Below are positions 25,115-36,289 of a stretch of 64,000 nt of DNA, piece after piece (positions within the stretch are counted from its first letter, which is position 1; each line of letters opens with the position of its first letter). The position numbers and the translations under genes are program-made. Below the pieces are notes generated by a model. That model was not told the origin of the DNA. It did no database searches and saw only the letters and a list, made by a program, of their open reading frames with translations. The stretch comes from Eukaryota sp. GEM-RC1 (Eukaryota), in the NCBI GenBank assembly GCA_040285855.1, contig JAUFOQ010000017.1, forward strand, positions 1,488,001 through 1,552,000, written 5' to 3'.

Positions 25115-25298
25115 CAAGAGAAGACGATGAGGAACCTGTGTGACGTTTTTTGTTGGTTCGAAAATTACGAATCTCAGTCTACTGTAGTTGGCTTCACTTT
25201 TCTTCAGTTTCGAACTTGTCAAACTTGTTTATGTTTCTGTAAGACATCATTTTCTTTCGATCCCGTCATATATATATGCTGTTTACTGTACTTCGGAC

Positions 25299-27248
25299 AT
25301 GTCATCTCAATTCATCTCATTCGTTGGAAAACCAACTGCAATTCTTCTGAGTAAACGGGTTTTTGCTGATCTTTTCCAACTTCCATCTGTTTCTTCTGTC
25401 ACTCGTTATCATTCTGATACACCTCTTCTATTTCCACTGACTTCCTCCCCAAGCATTGACTCTCTTTATATAGTCACTGTCAATGAGGAAGATCAAACTG
25501 TGCTCAAGTATGTTCCTTATGATGAAGATAATGTTATCTATGCAACTGTAACTCACTATTCTAGCATCAAACGCCATATTGTGATCCATTTCACTCCCAT
25601 TTTTGACCGATCATATTCAGATGTAGATTTTCCGGATGTAGATTTTTCTTCTACTTACTTCTATCTTCTTGATACTTTGCCTGCTCCTGATGACGTGATC
25701 TGCTTGAAGATCGATTCCAATGGCCATTTACAATCTGTTTTGTTTCCTTCAATGTCCTTTTCTTATCCTCCAATCACTAGAGACAGGGCCAACACTGGAC
25801 TCTTGTTTAATAAATAAAGAACTTGACATTGATACCGTTATTTCCAGGAGACCTTGTATCTTGCGTTACTTTCAGTGTACAAACTCTTTATACTCTGTTG
25901 TTTCTTCTGGATTGATGTCACTGCTTTCCAAACCAGTAGAAAACCCTTCTCCAATCACTTCCCAGGATGATTGTATGCTGATCTCTTCTCCAATCACCTT
26001 CTGTATTGGTGATGATCCCTCGAGTTGTAGCCAGGCTTTTAGTTGTGAACTAGTTAATGGTGTTTATCATGTTGGTATTCATGTTTTAGATGTTACTTCT
26101 TTTGAAGATCTTGAATTCAGTCTTGATGACGTCATCAAAACGTCTTTTAATCAAGCTGGTAAAACTTTTGACCTGCAACATTTGATTAAATTACCACTTA
26201 TGAACCAATCTTCTTTGATTGATTACGATCCCAATGGTGATCAAATATCAAGAAAAGCAATTTCTCTATTTCTTGAAATTAATGATCTTGGTTCCTTTTT
26301 CTTCTTCTTTTCATTTACCAATGTTTTTCCTTTTTCGCTAACCATTACCAAGTTGAATCTTTGCTACAAAACCACGGCCTAACACCTTCTTCTTTCTATC
26401 ATTGTACTAGTTTAAAAGACTTGATCTCTTCTCTACACGAGCCAATCATAAACCTTCATCACGCTGTGGGTATCGTCACCAATCAATTTGCCAATCACTC
26501 CAACTTTACACAACCTTTCCGACCTTCATCTAGTTACTATTTGATTGATCCTGATTCTGAGCTTTTCTACACTAAACGGTGAACAGATTCTGTTTTTCAC
26601 AGCATGTATTTAGTAGAAAGTTTGCTCAACTTGAGTGCTCGACTTGCAGGGGAATTTGTTGGATCAATTCAACCGTTTTCAATATTTAAAATTTCCCATG
26701 CTCAAGACTTAGAGTTGTTATCAAGTATTTTTAATGACATTGTTCCAGGCTTGCTGACGTCACCCATCGTGACTATTCACGACTTACAAGCTGCTCTTGC
26801 TCTACTAATCACACGAAGGCCGTGGGAAATTCGTGGTCAGGGTAATTTTGTATATTTTAATATTCTAGCACAATTGTCTAGTAACATCATCGGACATGAC
26901 CAGTTCAAAGTTTTTGATTGTCCTTGCGACGCAACTGATTGGGTATCTGGAGCACGTCAATTCCTGCCGTATACGTCAGCAGTTAATAACTACGTCCACC
27001 TGTTAGGTCAATCAATTCTATCAAAGACTATAAAGAGAACTATTTTGAATAATGATGGTGATAAACTGTTTCTAAAACAGGCATTGATAGTATTTAATTC
27101 CAGACTCTGCTTTTTAAATTCTGTTGAATTTGTTTGGAATGATACTTTGGACAGGTGTTGGTTGCCAACTGTCGAGTTGCCTTTGCTAGTGATTGTCCTG
27201 CCCTTGTTTAAAAAATCTACGGCAGGTTTATGTTCCAAAATTCGGTAG
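25299..27248 (+). pseudogene. Divergent RNB/Dis3-like exoribonuclease-family gene, interrupted (errors, introns or pseudogene)
   Basis: TFCIGDD..SQAFS..YHVGIHVLDVT, RKAISL, LVESLL, PYTSAVNNYVHLLGQ echo RNB motifs with the catalytic Asp cluster degenerate; breaks near 25760, 26300 and 26580. Confidence 0.5.
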
Positions 27249-27617
27249 ATTCTTTAAGCTTGCGAAAGTACATATCAATCAGAAATTTTCTGTATTTCAA
27301 AGAGTCCATGTTACTTTGGTTTATAATGAACTTATTGGTTCTATTGAATGTAAATTTGTATAAACAATGTTTTCTCTATAAGTCATATGACTTCAATATC
27401 GTATCAGGAATCGCAATCAAATGTCAATCAAAAGTAAAAAAAGAGTCCATTTATGGCTATACATTAAACTCATACTTGATAAAGGTTTAATTTTCAGTTG
27501 AAAGAATAAAAATAAAATACAAAAAGAGTTGTACAACGACATTTAAAATCACTGCAAACTCTAAAAAATCTTTACAAAACACTTTAACATTGTTCCAAAA
27601 GACACAACCAGACTTTA

Positions 27618-29441
27618 TCAAGCTTTCTCAAGACGTTTTTGCCTACGTTTTTCTTTCAGTAACTTTTTAATTTCTCCAATTGAGAGATCTGGTGTGATTT
27701 CTTTCTGACTTTTGATAGAGCTTTTCTTGAACCGTTTTTCAGAAATTCTGCTAAACTCGTCATTAATCATCATAAATTCATTTTCTAGAGATCGATAAGA
27801 TTCTAAGTAATCTTCAACAATTTTCTTTTTGATCTCCAATAATCGATTCGATTCCGAAAGTTCCTTTCTGTAAATAAAAGAGATCAAATCACGAGAGTGA
27901 CTGGCTGCTGCTTTAGGCAAGTCTTGCGTGTTCTCAATAATAACTTGTTCTAGTATGGACTGATGTCTCTGTTTTTCCGACTTGGAAATTTTAAAATTAT
28001 TGGAGTCTTTTAGCATCAGAATATCATCAAAAGTCACTTCAAACTCACACACCTTTGGCATTTCAACAGTAGCACCATAGGTAGTTTCATAGAAAACCCG
28101 TCGCCCTGCAACAAATCTTTTCTCTTCAATTTGATGACGGTCCAACACTTTAGGCAAGGTTACGTCTCTAACAAGAGCGAGAACCCTTAAGAGCTCAGCA
28201 AAGCCTGAATCATCGTAATCATAGCAAGCATCAAAAAAACCGAGTTTTGATGCATAAGAAAGAGAAGATTCAATGACAGAAGATGCAGGGAGTCTGTTGA
28301 AGTGGTGGTTCAAGAGTGACAGAGATTTCTTAATATCATCTGAATAATTTAAACAAGTAGATGTGCCAATATTTTGAAAATGGTCATCAACCATTGAAAA
28401 ACTTTCAATTAGTTGGGATTTTTTAAATTCTAAATCATGTAAATCTTTTTCAAATTGTTCCGTGGTTTTGACTAGACTTTTGGGAGATTCTTCAAATGAC
28501 ACGAAATTTTCAATCTTTTGTACAATGGAATCTTGATTAACACTTTCCTTTTCTTTTTGAGAAGTGAGTGCAGACAAATCCTTAAGAGATTGAGTGACTG
28601 AGATTGATTTTGACTGTTGATTTTGATCTACCTTCCGCTTTTGAAGAGAAACACGAGGTTTAACCTTGGGTTTCCCATCTTGATTTAGCGGTGTTTTTGC
28701 AAAAACACCGCTACGTGATACTTTGTTCTGAAGAGGTTCTGTAGCTGGTCCAGGAGTCAACAGATTTCCAGGGATCTTTTTGATCTTCGGTTTGGGTGAT
28801 TGATTTGACTTTTCGTGACTTTCCCTTTTGGAAACGTCATCAATTGAACTATCATGGGGACTATATATCTTGTCTTTAAATCCCTTCTGAGAGTTATCGT
28901 TCTCATCACTTTGACTCATGTTTTCTTCCACTTCTTGCAATCTTGATTGATTCTCACTTCTAGTTACTTCAGAACCAATTTCTGAACGATCTTTAACAGC
29001 AGAAAAAGGAGAAGAAGTCAAGGATGATGACCTGTCATGATTGCCACGTGTCAAGGATGGTACAACAGATTCCAGAACTTCTAGTCGAGAGTTAATCCTA
29101 TCGCGTTCTGATTGAAACATCAGCTCCAGTTCTCGAAGGATTTTAGCTTGCTCTTGGGCATGTGAAAGACGTCGAGATTCGAGTTTCTTCTCCAATGTTT
29201 CTTTAAGTGCATTTATAGAATCTTTAAGCCTCGAGGGATCGTGTTTGAGAACTTTGGATATAAGAATAGTTTGTTGACGTAGCTTGGTTTGAAAAGAAGA
29301 AATAAGATGAGCGTCTTTTGCGTTAAAATCCTCAACAAGTTGGTTAACACCATTGTCAAAATCTTGTTCAAGCACTGTTAAAGACCCGCAGAGTGTATGA
29401 TGTTCCTCAACAATGTCTGGTAAGGATGATGAACCCTTCAT
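27618..29441 (-). CDS. Hypothetical coiled-coil protein (607 aa)
   Basis: Long intact ORF with heptad-rich N- and C-terminal parts and a low-complexity middle. Confidence 0.8.
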   Translation of the reverse strand: MKGSSSLPDIVEEHHTLCGSLTVLEQDFDNGVNQLVEDFNAKDAHLISSFQTKLRQQTILISKVLKHDPSRLKDSINALKETLEKKLESRRLSHAQEQAKILRELELMFQSERDRINSRLEVLESVVPSLTRGNHDRSSSLTSSPFSAVKDRSEIGSEVTRSENQSRLQEVEENMSQSDENDNSQKGFKDKIYSPHDSSIDDVSKRESHEKSNQSPKPKIKKIPGNLLTPGPATEPLQNKVSRSGVFAKTPLNQDGKPKVKPRVSLQKRKVDQNQQSKSISVTQSLKDLSALTSQKEKESVNQDSIVQKIENFVSFEESPKSLVKTTEQFEKDLHDLEFKKSQLIESFSMVDDHFQNIGTSTCLNYSDDIKKSLSLLNHHFNRLPASSVIESSLSYASKLGFFDACYDYDDSGFAELLRVLALVRDVTLPKVLDRHQIEEKRFVAGRRVFYETTYGATVEMPKVCEFEVTFDDILMLKDSNNFKISKSEKQRHQSILEQVIIENTQDLPKAAASHSRDLISFIYRKELSESNRLLEIKKKIVEDYLESYRSLENEFMMINDEFSRISEKRFKKSSIKSQKEITPDLSIGEIKKLLKEKRRQKRLEKA

Positions 29442-29496
29442 TTGGAATTAGAACAACTACTAGTAGAAGTAAAAGTTTGAGCTTCCATCAACCTAC

Positions 29497-30129
29497 ATGT
29501 ATTCTTCTTCTCAAGGACCTGGATCTCCTAGACGCGATTCAAAACCTCCAAGACGCAGCTTTTTCCCCATTTCATGTGCTCAAGCTCTAGATTTGGCACA
29601 ACAACCTGACAGTCATCCAGTCTATCCTGACGGAACTCGTCCCTTAGTGTTCACTGTTGTAGGAAAAGTGCTTTCTGTGAACCCCCTATCTGGTAACCAA
29701 GCTGAAATTCAGCTGTGTGACTTCACTGGAAGCATCACTGTTCTGGCAATGGATTGTCAAACGGCACCTGATGTTCCTTCTTATTTGCGAGTTTTCATCC
29801 GTTTCAGACAAGATAACAATATCATGTGCATGAATTTCGTTCCCATTGACGATAAGGCACAGCTCATCTACCATGACTTCAGTATAGCTAAACAGTACAT
29901 CAGTAGACAATCTCAGGCTGCCGCTGTTCCTGGAGAAGCTGCTGCTGAAGGGGATGACGTCTCCACAGTTCTGGAGTTCATGAAGGAAAAGGGCGAAACG
30001 TCACCTTCAGACCTGTCGGACCATTTCCAGATTCCAATTACAGACGCACAAGCATTTTATGACCATCTCATGACTGAAGGTAAGATCTACATGAAACCTA
30101 GTGGTAAGTATGTACTTTTTTCCACATGA
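29497..30129 (+). CDS. RPA2: Replication protein A 32-kDa subunit-like (OB fold + winged helix)
   Basis: FPISCAQA, VVGKV, LCDFTGSI, YLRVF, PIDDKAQLIYH, C-terminal LMTEGKIY. Confidence 0.75.
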   Translation: MYSSSQGPGSPRRDSKPPRRSFFPISCAQALDLAQQPDSHPVYPDGTRPLVFTVVGKVLSVNPLSGNQAEIQLCDFTGSITVLAMDCQTAPDVPSYLRVFIRFRQDNNIMCMNFVPIDDKAQLIYHDFSIAKQYISRQSQAAAVPGEAAAEGDDVSTVLEFMKEKGETSPSDLSDHFQIPITDAQAFYDHLMTEGKIYMKPSGKYVLFST

Positions 30130-30579
30130 TTAGCATTTAAAGAGAGTTTATTTAATTTGAACTTTACTGATCACCCACACTTTATCCTATTGATTTTGCA
30201 TTACACTCTAAAAGTATTGTATAGGCTTATATTATGCAGATTAAATATAAAATACGACTGTTGATCTTTACTTCCATTTATTTCTCACTGTCTCATTTCA
30301 ACAGGGAGAGAGAAGGGTGCCAACCCGTCTGTTTTTCCATAATGCTCTTCATGATGCCACTTATGAAAGGTTCAAATGCCATAATTATAGTTGTAGAATT
30401 GAACCTATTGAAAAACATTATAGTGACATTAACGTGTTTGATTCTCGTACAACTTTGTTGAACTGAAAAGTATAGAGATCAAATGATAAATTAAACAGTT
30501 TCTACGCCTAAACTTGTTACTATTGCAGAGTTTAGATAAATGTTGTACGCCATAAGCAACTGTTCAAATTTCGTGACAA

Positions 30580-31390
30580 AATGTGGTGACTTAATTGCTT
30601 CTTTCCTGGATTCATTTCAATTTGTGGTCGATTTTACTACAATTGACCCGTTTGCAAAAGTCTACAAAGACTCCATTTTGAATGATTCAAATGGTCATCT
30701 TGAAAAGGTTGAACAGCGAAAGTATTCAAATTAGGCGGATGCTTTGAAGAAGCTTTATGACAATTTATATTATACGTTTTCAATTTCAATTTTTCGTAAT
30801 ACTGGTCCATCAGGTTTAAGAGTTTTATGACATTCTACAGCTCTTCTATTTTACTATAAAGCATTCCTCAGAATCCAATTTCCATCTATTCTAAGTTGTA
30901 TTATGACAATTTTAGTGAAGAATTCAACTTCTTCCAATGTTACACCTTAGGTTAAATCTAGCCAATCATTAATGTATTTTACCCCAGTTTATGTTTAAAA
31001 CAAATCTTGTGTTAGTAGTTCTATTAGATTCTTCTTCTTCTAATCCGTTAATAGTTGCTGAAAAACTCAAGCATTCCAAGTACTACTCTCAAGTAGAAGA
31101 ATTAAATCGAAAATCGTATTCTAAATTCGTGTTGTGACCTTTTGCTATTTCACCTTGTGGATCGATTGGTCACGCAAATGAACAGTTTGCCAGGGATTTT
31201 GAAGTGAAAAGAAGCGTAGGTAGAACGCCTGAATGTAAAAACCGTCGGAGTATTCCTTTCTATTTCTCTAGATTAGTTGAGAAAGTGTGCAAGTTTGGTG
31301 TGCAAGTTGAGGTTGAAAAACGTAATTTTTTATCTGATAGGAATGAAGTCGATTGGATTTAGTCTTAGTATTATATATTTGTTTTTTACA
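30580..31390 (+). mobile_element. Decayed LINE endonuclease/3' fragments (families C-like and A)
   Basis: GDLI..VVDFTTIDP..EQRKYS; AEKLKHSKY, PFAIS; family A tail. Confidence 0.65.
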
Positions 31391-31637
31391 AGTTCATATT
31401 TCCGTAGGAATGTTACCTTTTGATTTCCGAATAAAGTTGTTAACCATTTTGTATTTCCCAAAATTGCCAAAAATCTACAAAATTCCGTTGGGAACCGTAT
31501 ACGAAACAATTGTACCTTACGAACCAAACAAGACTCCTGTTACTAGAACACTAGTGTATTTAAAAGAAAAATTAATCGTTTTGTCCTACCAAAAATGGGA
31601 ATTCGAGCCAAAAAGTTCAACTCTTCTTGATATCTTG

Positions 31638-32132
31638 ATGGGTAATACCACTTCCACCCTTACTAATGCTGAAGTTGACGAACTTTCTGCGATATCTGGA
31701 TTCTCTCCTAAGGAAATTCGACTTATGCATAAGCGATTTTGTCGTCTTGACAAAAGTGCAAAGGGGAACATAACTGTTGAAGATTTCAAGCGAATACCGG
31801 ATCTCGCATCCAACCCTTTTCTCGTACGAGTTATTGCCATATTTACTGATGAGGGCAACATTGACTTTAAGAAAGTAGTGGCTGCTCTTGGGTGTTTTAC
31901 TACGAAAGAATTAACTATTGACAAGCTATCATATGTCTTCAAAGTGTTAGATTATGACAAAGACAATCTACTGTCTGAAGATGATGTTGCCAGAGGACTT
32001 GATTCCCTTTCTTTTGGCACTCTTGAATCAGATCAGTTATTGAACATGGCTTCAAATGTAGTGGAAGAGGGCCGTCCAATGTACCCAACAAGGCTGACTT
32101 TTGAAGAGTTTGTTCGAATGATACGACGTTGA
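31638..32132 (+). CDS. Calcineurin B / CHP-like EF-hand protein
   Basis: Myristoylation-type MGNTTS; GFSPKEIRLMHKRFCRLD, IPDLASNPF, KLSYVFKVLDYDKD, LTFEEF; true start is internal to the listed ORF. Confidence 0.85.
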   Translation: MGNTTSTLTNAEVDELSAISGFSPKEIRLMHKRFCRLDKSAKGNITVEDFKRIPDLASNPFLVRVIAIFTDEGNIDFKKVVAALGCFTTKELTIDKLSYVFKVLDYDKDNLLSEDDVARGLDSLSFGTLESDQLLNMASNVVEEGRPMYPTRLTFEEFVRMIRR

Positions 32133-32439
32133 CGGTCCCCTTGAAGTTCAAAGTGCTCCTAACTGAAGGAAAGAGTAGTCCACAGGTTCTTCCCTCTGTT
32201 TGTTGACAATGTTTCTACTCCATCACTTAGTCTAAAATTTAGAAAGCTTTAGGTCATTCATTGATGTCGTTATCAGAGTGGCAGTATGTTATGTATTATA
32301 TATGTATAGTATATTGTTTATCTGGAGCAATGCTCAAGTTACTGAGTCTTTGTGAATCGTTTCCTTGAATATATGTACAATCACATTCTTCATTTACTTT
32401 TAATTTTGAATATACTTTTAATTGTTATATATTAATGAT

Positions 32440-33110
32440 AGCTGTGGAAGACAATTAACGTTTTCTCATCTGTTAAGTTGTAATCGCTACATAACCTTAT
32501 CGACCGTGTATGCATGATGCTGTAAGACATCAAATACATGCTATGTGTAAGTCTTACAAATTTGAATCATTTGTTGAATCACTTCTAAGATCTTTAGAAT
32601 CAAATAATAATTGTAATGTCGAAAAACAGAACCAATTTTTTGGTAAACGGAGAGCAGATGTTGTTGTCCCTTCTTTTCAGACAAATTGTTTGTTGTTGAT
32701 GTAGTGTCAGTGGATGTTTGTAAAAAGATATCTTTAAAGAATACTTACTCTGAAACTTCCCATTTATACATTTCTGAACAAGTTAAACTGGATAAGTACA
32801 AGAAACCATTGGAGGCTCAAAAACATGTTGAATACGAATTATGCCCTTTTGCTGTTTCCAATCTATGGCCGTTTAGGAAAAAGTGTATTGAATTTTTTAA
32901 ACGGTTTCGGAAAAATCGTAAAAAAATAGGATGATGTTATGGTTGAATTGTATCGTTTTTAGTATTTGTAAATCAATTCCCCTAATCATCTCCAAAGATT
33001 TATTAGCTGTGAGTTCCTTTTATGAGGACAAAGCTGTTGTAAGATTTGATAGCGGCGGGTGTTATTTTAATGATATCAAATTTTAGTTTTTTGGTCTATT
33101 ACATTTGTAA
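32440..33110 (+). mobile_element. LINE 3' region (family H)
   Basis: HLLSC..HDAVRHQ, KRRADVV, DVVSVD, EQVKLDKY, PFAVS. Confidence 0.8.
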
Positions 33111-33555
33111 ATAAATAGTATAAAAAAGTAGATTTTTCGTTTTGATGAAGGCCAACAGTTGCAAAATCTTCAATCAAAAATGAGAATACAGTACTAGTTG
33201 ATTTTGACAAACTGGACAAAGAAACGCCAATTCTAATATAAGATGAATTTGGATCATGTAATGCGGAAGTGAAAGAATGCCTGATGATGCTGTGCCTCTT
33301 CAAAGAAGGATGTCGAGTACAACTTCAGACAAGTGGTGTTGAAGATACCTACATTCACTTTGCAAGATACAGTAGAAGTGCCTGAGCTTAAAGTCTAATT
33401 GTAAGTAAAGGTCAAAAAGAAACTTAAGGTTCACAATCACGAACAAAAGGATATGTTATACCATGAGTTAACACACTAAACGACCTTCAATGACTGACCA
33501 ACAAGTACTAGATGAAGAATCTCAGGAAGGAAATTCTCAGAAGACACTTTTTGTA

Positions 33556-34503
33556 ATGACTCAAACGCCGCGTATTCTTGTAACTGGAGCTGGAGGGCAG
33601 ATTGGGCTCTCGTTGATTCCCCGTCTACGTGAAATGTATGGAAGGGACAACATCATCGCTACCGGTCGCCGTCGTGTTGATGATCTTCAAAACGCAGGAC
33701 CTTATTTCTATCTTGATACGTCCAACTATGAAGAGTTCGCCAAACTTGTTGTTGAAAATAGAGTCGATTGGGTTATCCATTTTGCAAGTATGTTATCCGC
33801 TGTTGGAGAACGCAATCCCTCATTAGCTTTGAAGACTAATATCGATGGTATTCACAATGCATTAGAGGTCGCCAAGAAGTACAAACTCAAGATCTTCTTA
33901 CCTTCAACCATTGGTGTTTTCGGGCCTGAAAGTCCAGCCGTTAACACACCTGATGAATGTGTTTTGAAACCTACGACTATATATGGAATTACAAAAGTTC
34001 ATCTTGAATTGTTATGTGAATACTACCACAACAAATTCGGAGTTGATACCAGATGCCTTCGTTATCCTGGAATCTTGTCTTCTGATGAACCCGGAGGCGG
34101 TACTACTGACTATGCTATCGAAATCTTCTATGAAGCCTTAAAAACTGGTTCCTATGAATGTTTCCTTGAAGAAAATCAAGCTTTGCCTATGATGATGATG
34201 GAGGATTGTCTTAAGTGCACAATTGATGTTCTTTTGGCACCCGAAGAATCGCTAAAACGCAGAGTTTACAATATCGCTGCCGTTTCCTTTACTCCAAAAG
34301 AATTGGCTGAAGAAATCAAGAAACATATGCCCGACTTCTCAATTACTTACAAACCTGATTTCCGACAACAAATTGCTGCTTCTTGGCCACAATCCCTTGA
34401 TGATTCCAATGCTAGAAAGGACTGGGGTTGGGCTCATCAATATGGAACTAAGGAAATCGTAGAAAAAATGTTGAATGATGTCCGCATTAAGCTCAAGTTG
34501 TAA
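33556..34503 (+). CDS. TDH: L-threonine 3-dehydrogenase (SDR family); alternative start 33490
   Basis: ILVTGAGGQIG, LSAVGE, PSTIGVFG, YGITK, PGGGTTDYA, DFRQQIAASWP. Confidence 0.93.
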   Translation: MTQTPRILVTGAGGQIGLSLIPRLREMYGRDNIIATGRRRVDDLQNAGPYFYLDTSNYEEFAKLVVENRVDWVIHFASMLSAVGERNPSLALKTNIDGIHNALEVAKKYKLKIFLPSTIGVFGPESPAVNTPDECVLKPTTIYGITKVHLELLCEYYHNKFGVDTRCLRYPGILSSDEPGGGTTDYAIEIFYEALKTGSYECFLEENQALPMMMMEDCLKCTIDVLLAPEESLKRRVYNIAAVSFTPKELAEEIKKHMPDFSITYKPDFRQQIAASWPQSLDDSNARKDWGWAHQYGTKEIVEKMLNDVRIKLKL

Positions 34504-34845
34504 ATTTACTTTCTTTTGTTGTAAATTGTTGTTGTGTATCTGTTATAAATTGTATCTTTGCATATTGACATACTACAGTAGTACTTAGATGAACTTCAAC
34601 CCCCATTCTTTGCTTCAACAAGTGGTTTAAGTGGAAGAACTCGAATACAGAATCAATTATGTATGATATGCTATTGCACAGCCCATCCTCGAGAAAAAAG
34701 CTTACACAGAAACCAAATCCAGATTATACAGATGAGGCGATCTTTAAAAAGATTATATCAAAGAGACTACATTCGTGAAGTGTTTGTTCTGAAAGGATTT
34801 CTAGATCCTTGTTCGATAAGAAAAAATAGTTGTTAATATCTAAAA

Positions 34846-36222
34846 CTAAGATTTTAAAATCTGCAGACAACCGTCAATAAGTTGCGAAATAGTGTCCAAT
34901 TGTTCTTCAGTTATAAATTTAATGATTCCACAGGGAGAATCTTGTTCCTCAACATTTAAAAACCGTGAATTCTTCAATTTTTCATGTAGTTCGGTTCGAT
35001 ATTGAATTAGAAAATCGCATAAAACCTGAATTGTTTCCTGAAAATTAGAATTTGACAACAAAAGAGGGGAACAAGATCGTCATCATCTGCATCAATTTCA
35101 AATCCAAGTCCTCCTGTATTATTTAAATAATTCATTAATCCATCTTTCTTAATACTACGTTCCTGGATTTTAATTTTCCTTCCCTTTATCACAGATTTCA
35201 AAATATTCAAAGGAATTGAAAGCGTCGAGAGCAAAGCAATAAAACTGAGAGGAATAGATTCGAGAGAAATATATTCAAAACATTGATGTAATTCAGATTC
35301 TGAAGGCAAAAAATTGGCTAAACTCAAGAAACTTTTACAATGTTGATACAATTCAGTCTTGTTCAAAAACTTAGAAATAAAACAAAATGGGATTTCAACA
35401 ACTTTAAATGGATTTTCACGGTCAATAAAACCATATCTATTCAGACATTCAATGTTATGAATATCTCCATATGTATTTAAAATTTCTTCACCTTTTGAAA
35501 TATTACGCGATGCACAGATCACGTGATCAAGAGGCTCAAAAATACCAATTTCTGAACCTTCTTCATCTGATTCTTGCTCATCCGTTACCATGATGTTTGA
35601 CTTTCCAGGACGACTGTTTAAAGCATCTGCTAGGGGGGAGAAGAAAAGGAGATCCAGAAGGAGAAGAAAACGAGTAGGACTGAATAAACACACCAATTTT
35701 CAAATATTCATCATAAGTTGGTGAGAAATACTCAGAAGAAAACAATTGAGGAAGATCGTCAAGGACAGGAACAACAAGTTGATCAAATATACCTTTGATA
35801 GTATTCAAATCATGTTCAACACTTAAAGAAGTTCCACCTAGAAGTGCAAAATCATCTTCATTCCAGAGCAGAGGAGTGCGTGAAAGTGATGAAGGAGGAT
35901 AATACAGAGCAAAATAAGGGAAGAACTTAGAAGAAGGGCCTTGAGCTAGTTCATACATAATGCAGAGGTTCAGTGAAGTGAAAGGATCAGAGTCAAACAC
36001 AAGTTTCAGAGATGGATGGGACGATGACATTTCCTTTAGAGCATGAGACTCGCTGCACAGGATAAAATCCGCGGGCACCGTGAATAGAACATGGTCCTCG
36101 GGAAGATCTTTGCTTGCAAAAACAGAATACCGGGATTTAGCATCAGGTTTTACTTCTAGTCCATCAGGGTTGAAGTTATTAGTGGAAATCCAATTGGAGA
36201 ACTGAGAGATAGCATCATTCAT
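34846..36222 (-). CDS. SET-domain lysine methyltransferase (SETD6/RKM-like), two homopolymer frameshifts
   Basis: YSVFASKDL..LFTVP, SKFFPYF, PLLW, SYSF, LPLADALN, ASRNISKGEEILNTYG, LNRYGF. Confidence 0.85.
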
Positions 36223-36289
36223 TAGAGAACAATGTTGTTAAATAAACAGTGACTATTGCTATTTTTCCACAATTACTTTTTTAAGATAG

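Noticed and set aside
30104..30133. GTAAGT...TAG 30-nt intron candidate at the end of RPA2
   Set aside because: The unspliced reading already ends at the expected RPA2 C-terminus; splicing would add an unconserved tail
31353..31637. N-terminal extension of the calcineurin B-like ORF
   Set aside because: It runs through LINE tail and repeat debris; MGNTTS at 31638 is the natural start
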